Source of the DNA: a bacterium
GTDB lineage: Bacteria > Sysuimicrobiota > Sysuimicrobiia > Sysuimicrobiales > Sysuimicrobiaceae
NCBI GenBank assembly: GCA_041640435.1
Contig: JBEQAH010000001.1
Coordinates: 1 to 40,301, forward strand
Direction of reading: 5' to 3'
DNA: 40,301 nucleotides
The translations under genes were made by a program, and so were the position numbers. Below are positions 31,690 to 38,347 of this stretch, in pieces. The notes beneath the pieces are model-generated. The model was not told where the DNA came from, ran no database searches, and saw only the letters and a list, made by a program, of their open reading frames with translations. Within the stretch, counting starts at the first letter, position 1. Every line of letters begins with the position of its first letter.

Positions 31690-32376
31690 TTACGTTCCCC
31701 CGCCGGTCCTGCGGCGCCGCCGCCGGCGGCGGCGCTTACCCGGTTGTGGCGCGGGCTCCTCCGGGCCGGGGACCTCGGTCGGCGGTGCGGGCGTCTCCGG
31801 AGCCGATGGGCTGCTGGCGTCGGGAGTGGGCTTGGCCTTCATCAGTCGGATCTCCTCCGCCACCCGCTCCCGCTCCGCGCTCCACCGCATGCGGTCGAGG
31901 GTGTGCTCCACCTCCTGCACGGCCACCAACCGCACCGCGCCCTCGTCCAGCATCTCGATCCCGGGATCCAGCTCCACCGTGTACCGGACGTGGCAGCCCT
32001 CCTCCGCAGGCTCCACCTCCAGGGACGCCGCGTAGTGCAACAACGTCCCGTAGGCCTGCCGCCAGCGCACGGCCCGGCCTGGCTCCACCTCCGCGCGCAC
32101 CACCGCCTCCACCGGAAGGCCAGCCAGGAACCCGCGCAGCCGCAGGGTGCGCTGGGCGCCGCGCCGCTGCACGGGGTCGCACCGGAGCCACAGGTTAGAC
32201 CACCGCGGCAGGTGTTCCAGCCGGCTGGCCATCCCGTACGCGGTGGCGGCCGGCACCCGGAACACCCTCTGCGCGGTCACCACAACGCCGCGCCGGACGA
32301 CTTCTGGAGAAGGTGCAGCCGGCGCGGACGCGAACCGGGGCCTGCGCCGGCGCCGCCGGCGCCGGTCGTCCATCAC
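31690..32376 (-). CDS. SRPBCC (START/polyketide-cyclase-like) domain protein with poly-arginine N- and C-termini
   Basis: The core VVVTAQRVFRVPAATAYGMASRLEHLPRWSNLW...VRWRQAYGTLLHYAASLEVEPAEEGCHVRYTVELDPG fits the Polyketide_cyc2/SRPBCC pattern. The start (GTG 32376 or ATG 32373) overlaps the upstream stop. An R8 tract occupies codons 5-12. An R9 tract precedes the last 5 residues. Confidence 0.7.
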   Translation of the reverse strand: MMDDRRRRRRRRPRFASAPAAPSPEVVRRGVVVTAQRVFRVPAATAYGMASRLEHLPRWSNLWLRCDPVQRRGAQRTLRLRGFLAGLPVEAVVRAEVEPGRAVRWRQAYGTLLHYAASLEVEPAEEGCHVRYTVELDPGIEMLDEGAVRLVAVQEVEHTLDRMRWSAERERVAEEIRLMKAKPTPDASSPSAPETPAPPTEVPGPEEPAPQPGKRRRRRRRRRTGGGT

Positions 32377-33359
32377 GCCCTGGGGCCGAGCTCGTCCCGG
32401 GCACGCCGCGCTCCCTCCACCATGGCCCGCAGCTTCGCCACCGTCTCCTCGATGGTGCGCGTCTTGAGGCCGCAGTCCGGCGACACGTACACCTGCCTGG
32501 GCTCGAAGACCTCCAGCGACCGCCGGATTCCGTCCAGCACTTCCTCTGGGCTCTCTGCCCGGTGGGAGTGCGCGTCCACCACGCCGAGCCCGATGTCCTT
32601 GGTGAACGGGTGCCGCCGGAAGACCTCCAGGAGTGCGAAGTCCTCGTTCTTCAGCGCCAGGTCGATCTGCTGGACAGGCAGGTCCAGCATCTTGGGGTAG
32701 ATGCGCGGCACGTCCCCGTAGCAGACGTGGGTGATGGTGTAGGCGCTGAGGCCATCCACCACCACCTCCAGGGCCTCCCGGGCCAGGTCAAAGTCCTCGT
32801 CGGGCCGGGTGTGGATCGCCGGCTCGTCGATCTGGATGAACCGCGCACCCGCCCGCTCCAGGTCCACCGCCTCCTCGTGGATGGCCCGGGCCAGCTCCAT
32901 CACCAGCTCCCGCCGTGTGGGGTAGTACTCGTTGAAGGACCACTCCGCGATGGTGTACGGCCCCGTGAGCATCCCTTTCACGGGCTTGCCCGTGAGGGAC
33001 TGGGCGAAGCGGAACCACCCCACGGTGATGGGACCCTTGCGGCCCACGGGGCCCGTGACCACCGGCTTGGGGTAGTAGCGGTTCCCGTACGACCGCACCA
33101 AGCCCGCGATGGCGAACCCCTCCAGCTCGTCCGCAAAGTACGCCACCATGTCCCCGCGGTACATCTCGCCGTCCACGAGGACGTCCAGGCCCAGCTCCTC
33201 CTGCCGCTGGATCCACTCCCGGGTGGCCTGCTGCTCGAGTTCCCGCAGCGCTCCTCGCTCTATCTGACCCCGCAGCCACTTCCGGCGCGCCTCCAGGAGG
33301 TAGGAGGGCTTGGGGAACGAGCCGACGGTGGTGGTGGGGAACAGCGGCAGTTCACTCAC
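32373..33359 (-). CDS. cobalamin-independent methionine synthase catalytic (MetE C-terminal-domain-like, Meth_synt_2) protein, stand-alone
   Basis: 328 aa. The N-terminus is FPTTTVGSFPKP. The Zn ligand pattern is retained (THVCYGD His/Cys, and SPDCGLKTR Cys). IQIDEPA is present. The GTG start forms a GTGA overlap with the upstream paralog. Confidence 0.85.
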   Translation of the reverse strand: MSELPLFPTTTVGSFPKPSYLLEARRKWLRGQIERGALRELEQQATREWIQRQEELGLDVLVDGEMYRGDMVAYFADELEGFAIAGLVRSYGNRYYPKPVVTGPVGRKGPITVGWFRFAQSLTGKPVKGMLTGPYTIAEWSFNEYYPTRRELVMELARAIHEEAVDLERAGARFIQIDEPAIHTRPDEDFDLAREALEVVVDGLSAYTITHVCYGDVPRIYPKMLDLPVQQIDLALKNEDFALLEVFRRHPFTKDIGLGVVDAHSHRAESPEEVLDGIRRSLEVFEPRQVYVSPDCGLKTRTIEETVAKLRAMVEGARRARDELGPRA

Positions 33360-34336
33360 CGGGTCACCTCCAGGGCCGCGCGCTTGACCTCGCTCAGGCG
33401 CACCAGCTTCGCCTTCGCGGCCCGCCGGGGCAGGAACTCCAGTCCCGCGCTGGGCCCCAGGTCCACGCGGTCCAAGGGGACGACCCGGGACAGACGGTCC
33501 AGGGCGCGCAGGACCTCGTCCACCGTCTCCAGCCGGGTGTTGCGCGCGTCCAGGAGGCCAAAGCCCAGTCGCCGGTCCGCGGGGAAGCCCTCCGCCTCAA
33601 GCGCATCCCAGTTCCGCGACCCCGCGGCGAAGTCCAGCCCGATCACGGCGAAGGGCAAGTCCGCGAACGCCGCGAGGAGCTGGCGCGCGTCGCCGAAGTA
33701 CGTGTACAGGGCCACGGGGCTGCGCACGCCCTCTAGGAGAGCCGCCACCGCCTCCCGGAACATCGGCAGGTCCTCCGGATGCTGGAGGATGGCCGGTTCG
33801 TCCACCTGCACGAGGGGAGGCGATTCGGCGTCCAGGGCCCGCAGCTCCTGGTTCAAGGCCCGGGCCAGCGCCAGGACGAACTCCCCGAGGCTGCGGTAGA
33901 AGCGGTTCTGGCTCAGGCGGGCGAGCGTGTAGGGGCCCGTCACCACCGGTTTCACCGGCTTGGGGCTGTGCTGGCGCGCGAACCGGTAGTCCTCCACCGT
34001 GATGGGCTGCTGCCACGCCACCGGGCCCTCCGCCACCGGCTGCCGGTAGTACACGTTGGTGTCGAACCACCGCTGGAGGCCGTCGATGGAAAATCCCGAC
34101 ATCCGCCGCGCGAAGTACGTCTGGCCATCCTCCCAGCGGATCTGGCCGTCCGTGATCAGGTCCAGGCCCGCCTCCACCTGTTCCGCGATGGCCTCCCGGG
34201 TCACCTCGTCTTCCACCCTGCGGAACTCTTCTGGGGTGATCTCCCCCCGCTGCAGCTTCTCCGCAGCAGACCGCCACCGCCCAGGCGCTGGCAGGTCCGG
34301 GATCTTCGGGTAGCTCCCCACGCTGGTCGTGCGCAC
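33356..34336 (-). CDS. MetE N-terminal-domain-like (Meth_synt_1-like) protein lacking Zn ligands, stand-alone
   Basis: 326 aa with the same fold pattern (TSVGSYPKIP, LITDGQIRWEDG, VQVDEPA). The His-x-Cys position reads LYTYFGD and the C-terminal Cys position reads GPSAGLEF. The GTG start has GGGGAGG 6 nt upstream. Confidence 0.8.
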   Translation of the reverse strand: MRTTSVGSYPKIPDLPAPGRWRSAAEKLQRGEITPEEFRRVEDEVTREAIAEQVEAGLDLITDGQIRWEDGQTYFARRMSGFSIDGLQRWFDTNVYYRQPVAEGPVAWQQPITVEDYRFARQHSPKPVKPVVTGPYTLARLSQNRFYRSLGEFVLALARALNQELRALDAESPPLVQVDEPAILQHPEDLPMFREAVAALLEGVRSPVALYTYFGDARQLLAAFADLPFAVIGLDFAAGSRNWDALEAEGFPADRRLGFGLLDARNTRLETVDEVLRALDRLSRVVPLDRVDLGPSAGLEFLPRRAAKAKLVRLSEVKRAALEVTR

Positions 34337-34361
34337 CGTAAGCCTCCCCTCTGCGCCGTCT

Positions 34362-35513
34362 TTAGAGCCTCTCTCCGCACGCGTCCAGGACGGACCTGGC
34401 CACGATCCACCGCTGAATCTCGCTCGTCCCTTCCCCGATCTCCGTGAGCTTCACGTCGCGGTAGTACCGCTCCACGGGGTAGTCCCGGATGTAGCCGTAA
34501 CCGCCGTGGATCTGCAGCGCCCGGTCGGTGGCCCGGTGGGCCGCCTCGGAGGCGTACAGCTTTGCCATGCTCGCCTCCTTACGGAAGCTCTGACCCTGAT
34601 CCACCAGCCAGGCGGCCCGGAGGACCAGCAGCCAGGCGGCGTCCAGCTCCACCGCGGAATCCGCGAGCATCCACTGGATGGCCTGGAACTGCGCGATGGG
34701 CTGCCCGAAGGCCACCCGTTGCTTCGCGTACTCCAGGGCCGCCTCCAACGCCGCCCGACCGATCCCCACCGCCATGGCGCCGATGCCGATCCGGCCCCGC
34801 TCCAGGACCCGCATGGCCTGGCGGTAGCCGTCCCCCTCCTCGCCGATGCGGTTCTCCTCGGGGATCTCCGCCTCCTCGAACACCACCTCCGCGGTGTCCG
34901 AGGCCCGCAGTCCCAGCTTATCCTCCTTCTTGCCCACCCGCAGCCCCGCGGTGTCCCGCTCCACCACGAAGGCGCTGATGCCTTCCCTCCCCTCGCCCGT
35001 GCGGGCCAGCACCACGTACACCCCCGCCACCGACCCCTGCGTGACGAACACCTTGGTCCCTGTGAGCGCGTACCGGTCCCCCCGGCGCTCCGCTCGGGTC
35101 TGGATGGCCGCGGCGTCGCTCCCCGCGTGGGGCTCCGTGAGGCACCAGGCGCCCAGGGCCTCCCCCCGGGCCAGCTTCGGGAGGTAGCGCTCCTTCTGCT
35201 CGGGGCTCCCGAACAAGACGATGTGGCCCGCGCACAGTGCGTTGTGCGACGCCACGGTCAGGGCCAGCGCCCCGTCCGCCCAGGCGATCCGCTCGATGGC
35301 CAACGTGGCGGAGACCATGTCGAGCCCGCTGCCGCCGTAACGCTCCGGCACCACCAAGCCCAACAGACCCAGCTCAGCCAGCTGCGGCACGACCTCGTGG
35401 GGGAACGTGCCCTCCCGGTCCCACCGGGCCGCGTGCGGGCGCACTCGCTGCGCCGCGAACTCGGCCACCGCCTGGTACACCAGCCGCTGGGACTCCGTCA
35501 GCTCGAACCGCAA
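34362..35513 (-). CDS. acyl-CoA dehydrogenase (short/medium-chain type)
   Basis: 383 aa. Motifs are [25 protein letters not shown] and [35 protein letters not shown]. The TTG start has AAGGAGG 4 nt upstream. Confidence 0.9.
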   Translation of the reverse strand: MRFELTESQRLVYQAVAEFAAQRVRPHAARWDREGTFPHEVVPQLAELGLLGLVVPERYGGSGLDMVSATLAIERIAWADGALALTVASHNALCAGHIVLFGSPEQKERYLPKLARGEALGAWCLTEPHAGSDAAAIQTRAERRGDRYALTGTKVFVTQGSVAGVYVVLARTGEGREGISAFVVERDTAGLRVGKKEDKLGLRASDTAEVVFEEAEIPEENRIGEEGDGYRQAMRVLERGRIGIGAMAVGIGRAALEAALEYAKQRVAFGQPIAQFQAIQWMLADSAVELDAAWLLVLRAAWLVDQGQSFRKEASMAKLYASEAAHRATDRALQIHGGYGYIRDYPVERYYRDVKLTEIGEGTSEIQRWIVARSVLDACGERL

Positions 35514-35552
35514 GATGCCCTCCTTCCGCCCCGCCGAGCTCCCCAGGGCTCA

Positions 35553-37010
35553 TTACCCCTTCACCACCCCGATGGGCCGCATCCTGGCCACCTTGCGCGA
35601 GATCCCGGCCCCGTGGCACACCTCCACCACGTCCGCCACGTCCTTGTAAGCCTCGGAAGCTTCCTCCGCCAGCAACGAGCGGTTCTGGGCCCGGACCAGG
35701 ATCCCCCGCTTCTCCAGCTGCGCGGCGATGTCCACCCCCCGCAGCTCCCGCACCGCGGCCTTGCGGCTTCGAACCCGGCCGGCCCCGTGGCAGGTGCTTC
35801 CGAAGGTCTCCTCCATGGCGCGCTCTGTGCCCAACGCCACGAAGGAGTACCGGCCCATGTCCCCCGGGATCAAAACGGGCTGGCCCACCTCCCGGTAGCG
35901 CGCGGGGATCTCCGGGTGGCCCGGCGGGAACGCTCGGGTGGCGCCCTTGCGGTGCACCACCAGCCGGACGGCCCTGCCGTCCACAGGATACGTCTCCACC
36001 TTGGCGATGTTGTGGGCCACGTCGTAGACCACCTGCAGCCCGATCTCGCGGAGGGGTCGGCTCAGGACCCTGGTGAAGGACTCCCGCACCCAGTGGGTGA
36101 TCATCTGGCGGTTCGCCCAGGCGAAGTTCGCAGCACAGCACATGGCCCGGAAGTACTCCTGGCCCTCCGGCGAGGAGAAGGGGGCGCACGCCAGCTGCCG
36201 GTCGGGCAGGCTGATGCCGTACTTCTTCAGGCTCCGGTCCGCCACGCGCAGGTAGTCGTCGCACACCTGGTAGCCGAGCCCGCGGGAGCCCGTGTGGATG
36301 AACACCACCACCTGACCCGAAAACAGGCCCAGCACCTCCGCGGCCCGACCGTCGTACACCTCCTCCACCACCTGAACCTCCAGGAAGTGGTTGCCCGACC
36401 CCAACGTGCCGATCTGGTCTTTCCCTCGCTCCTTCGCCCGGGGGCTCACTGCGCCGGGGTCCGCCTCCCGGAGCTCGCCACCGGCCTCGATGACCTCCAG
36501 ATCCGCGGGGGTGCCGAAACCCCGTTCCACCGCCCAACGGGCACCGCCCCGCAGCACGTCCTCCACTTCCCGCAGGGATACCCGCACCTTCCCGGTGCTC
36601 CCAACCCCGGAGGGAACGTTGCGGAACAGCTCCTCCACCAGCTCCCGGAGCTTCGGCCGGACGTCCTCCTCGCTCAGGTCGGTGCGGAGCAGGCGCACGC
36701 CGCAGTTGATGTCGTACCCCACGCCGCCCGGCGAGATGACGCCGTCATCTGCCCGCAGGGCTGCCACGCCGCCCACGGGGAAGCCATACCCCCAGTGGAT
36801 GTCCGGCATGGCCAGCGAGTACCGGACGATGCCGGGCAGGGTGGCTACGTTGGCCACCTGCTCCAGCGCCTGGTCCTGCCCGATCTGGCGCAGCATCGCC
36901 TCGTCGGCGTACACGAGCCCAGGTACCCGCATCCCCGGCTTGTAGTCTTGCGGGATCTCCCACCGGTAGTCGTCGATCTTGCGCAGCACTCGGGTCCAGG
37001 CGGTCGCCAT
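35553..37010 (-). CDS. rtcB: RNA 3'-phosphate/5'-OH ligase RtcB
   Basis: RtcB motifs are MPDIHWGYGFPVGGV, GYDINCGV, GSGNHFLE, IHTGSRGLG and CHGAGR. The ATG at 37010 has GGGAGG 7 nt upstream. The track ORF starts 30 nt earlier at a TTG. Confidence 0.92.
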   Translation of the reverse strand: MATAWTRVLRKIDDYRWEIPQDYKPGMRVPGLVYADEAMLRQIGQDQALEQVANVATLPGIVRYSLAMPDIHWGYGFPVGGVAALRADDGVISPGGVGYDINCGVRLLRTDLSEEDVRPKLRELVEELFRNVPSGVGSTGKVRVSLREVEDVLRGGARWAVERGFGTPADLEVIEAGGELREADPGAVSPRAKERGKDQIGTLGSGNHFLEVQVVEEVYDGRAAEVLGLFSGQVVVFIHTGSRGLGYQVCDDYLRVADRSLKKYGISLPDRQLACAPFSSPEGQEYFRAMCCAANFAWANRQMITHWVRESFTRVLSRPLREIGLQVVYDVAHNIAKVETYPVDGRAVRLVVHRKGATRAFPPGHPEIPARYREVGQPVLIPGDMGRYSFVALGTERAMEETFGSTCHGAGRVRSRKAAVRELRGVDIAAQLEKRGILVRAQNRSLLAEEASEAYKDVADVVEVCHGAGISRKVARMRPIGVVKG

Positions 37011-37096
37011 AGCCACACCTCCCTGCCTTCCCACGGTCAAAGAAATGGCCCCCCACCTCCGTGAGGGGCCGCGGCCGCTCTAGCCCGCGGGCGGCG

Positions 37097-37354
37097 TCAG
37101 AACGGGACGGCTTCCACAGCCTTGACCTCCGGGACTTCTTCCCGGATCATGCGCTCGACGCCCGCCTGAAGGGTCATCAGCGAGTACATGCAGCCCACGC
37201 AGGCCCCCGCGAGGCGGATCTGGACCACCCCGTCCGCTACGTCCACCAGCTCGATGTCCCCGCCGTCCGCCTGGATGTAGGGACGGATGGCTTCCAGCAC
37301 CCGCTCCACGCGAGCCCGGACGTCCAGCTCCTGGGTCGCCGCCTCACTCATCGC
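37097..37354 (-). CDS. NifU C-terminal-domain (Nfu-type) Fe-S scaffold/carrier protein
   Basis: From the ATG at 37354 the sequence reads MSEAATQELDVRARVERVLEAIRPYIQADGGDIELVDV...GACVGCMYS (CxxC). The strong RBS GGAGGAGG lies 5 nt upstream. The longer track ORF N-terminus is Arg-rich read-through. Confidence 0.85.
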   Translation of the reverse strand, partial: AMSEAATQELDVRARVERVLEAIRPYIQADGGDIELVDVADGVVQIRLAGACVGCMYSLMTLQAGVERMIREEVPEVKAVEAVPF

Positions 37355-37730
37355 CGCCTCCTCCGCCCACGGGCGCCTCCTCGCACGGCTGCGCCTCGCC
37401 CTGGTCCTCCGCCGTCTTGAAGGAGTGCCCGCAACCACAGGTGGCCACCGCCCGCGGGTTGTAGACCGCGAACCCCTCGCCCACGGGCGTGCGGCGGTAG
37501 TCGATCTGGGCGCCGTCCATGACTCGGCGGGTCAGGGGGTCCACCACCAGCCGGATCCCGTGCTGCTCCAGCACTTCGTCATCGGCCTCCATCCGGTCGT
37601 CGAACCCCATGCCGTAGGTGAAACCCTCGCAGCCGCCCTTCTGGACGAACAGCCGCAGGTACACCCCACCCGGCTGGTCCGCCATGAGCTCCCGGATCTT
37701 CTCCGCCGCCGCCTGCGTCAACGTGATCAT
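37344..37730 (-). CDS. A-type Fe-S cluster carrier (IscA/ErpA/HesB family) with acidic C-terminal tail
   Basis: From the ATG at 37730 the sequence reads MITLTQAAAEKIRELM...LRLFVQKGGCEGFTYGMGFD...CGCGHSF (the three conserved Cys). A 24-aa tail follows. The gene overlaps the nfu start by 11 nt. Confidence 0.85.
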   Translation of the reverse strand: MITLTQAAAEKIRELMADQPGGVYLRLFVQKGGCEGFTYGMGFDDRMEADDEVLEQHGIRLVVDPLTRRVMDGAQIDYRRTPVGEGFAVYNPRAVATCGCGHSFKTAEDQGEAQPCEEAPVGGGGGDE

Positions 37731-37740
37731 CGCTGAATCG

Positions 37741-37769
37741 ATTGTAGGTGGACTGGCGGGGGGTGTCAA
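37741..37769 (-). promoter_or_regulatory. consensus sigma-70-type promoter of iscA-nfu (TTGACA-N17-TACAAT), apparently leaderless
   Basis: The minus strand reads TTGACA (37769-37764), a 17-nt spacer, TACAAT (37746-37741) and then only 10 nt (CGATTCAGCG) before the iscA ATG at 37730. No Shine-Dalgarno sequence lies in between. Confidence 0.6.
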
Positions 37770-37791
37770 ACGCCCGATCGCCCCGGCTCGC

Positions 37792-37820
37792 TTGGCCGTC
37801 CCCCCGCGCTATGCTACAAT
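37792..37820 (+). promoter_or_regulatory. extended -10 promoter of the yjbQ-like gene (TTGGCC-N17-TACAAT with TGc)
   Basis: TTGGCC lies at 37792-37797 and TGCTACAAT at 37812-37820. It sits about 60 nt upstream of GTG 37880, which has the RBS GAGGAGG. It is back-to-back with the iscA promoter. Confidence 0.5.
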
Positions 37821-37879
37821 CCGGGCTGATCTTCCAGGCGGCGGGTGCTCCGCGGGCCGCGGTGAGGAGGTCGGCGAGC

Positions 37880-38341
37880 GTGAAGCAGGCGGTGGAAGTT
37901 GCCTCTGGGCTCTTCAAAGTGTTCACCGAAACGCTCCAGATTCACAGCCGGGAACGGTTCGAGGTCCAGAACATCACCGAGCTGGTGCGGTCTCTGCCGG
38001 CCCTGGCGGAGGTCACCCACGGGGTGGTCTACCTGCAGTCCCTGCACACCACCACGGCCCTGTTCCTCAACGAGTTCCAGGACGCGCTGTTGCAGGACGT
38101 GCGGGAGCTCCTGCGCCGGCTGGTGTCCGAGACGGAGCGCTACCTGCACAACGATCCGGCCCACTCCGACTGCGACCGCGGGAACGCGACCTCACACCTG
38201 CGGTCCCTGCTCCTGGGGAATAGCATCACCATCCCCATCCGGGAGGGCAAGCTGCTCTTGGGCCGGTTCCAGAGCGTGATCTTCGCGGAGCTGGACGGAC
38301 CTCAGGCCCGCTCCATCGTCGCGCACGTGATGGGCGTCTGA
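37880..38341 (+). CDS. YjbQ/UPF0047 family protein (secondary thiamine-phosphate synthase-like)
   Basis: FKVFTETLQIHSRERFEVQNITELV...GVVYLQSLHTTTALFLNE...DRGNATSHLRSLLLGNSITIPIREGKLLLGRFQSVIFAELDG aligns in pattern with E. coli YjbQ. GTG 37880 is preceded by GAGGAGG. The track ORF start at 37748 lies upstream of the predicted promoter. Confidence 0.8.
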   Translation: MKQAVEVASGLFKVFTETLQIHSRERFEVQNITELVRSLPALAEVTHGVVYLQSLHTTTALFLNEFQDALLQDVRELLRRLVSETERYLHNDPAHSDCDRGNATSHLRSLLLGNSITIPIREGKLLLGRFQSVIFAELDGPQARSIVAHVMGV

Positions 38342-38347
38342 GCTGGC

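Noticed and set aside
34329-37064. A 911-aa ORF on the plus strand spanning 2.7 kb.
   Set aside because: It is exactly antisense to the well-supported acyl-CoA dehydrogenase and RtcB genes and to the gap between them. Its product is low-complexity Arg/Pro/Gly/His-rich with no recognisable motifs. Long open antisense frames are expected at about 70% GC because stop codons are AT-rich.
37761-37772. A shared plus-strand motif GTGTCAAAC(C)GCCC at 37764 and 39706. At first glance it looked like a common regulator binding site.
   Set aside because: Read on the minus strand it is simply TTGACA, the -35 box of the iscA and moeZ-side promoters. The similarity beyond the hexamer is only 2-3 nt.
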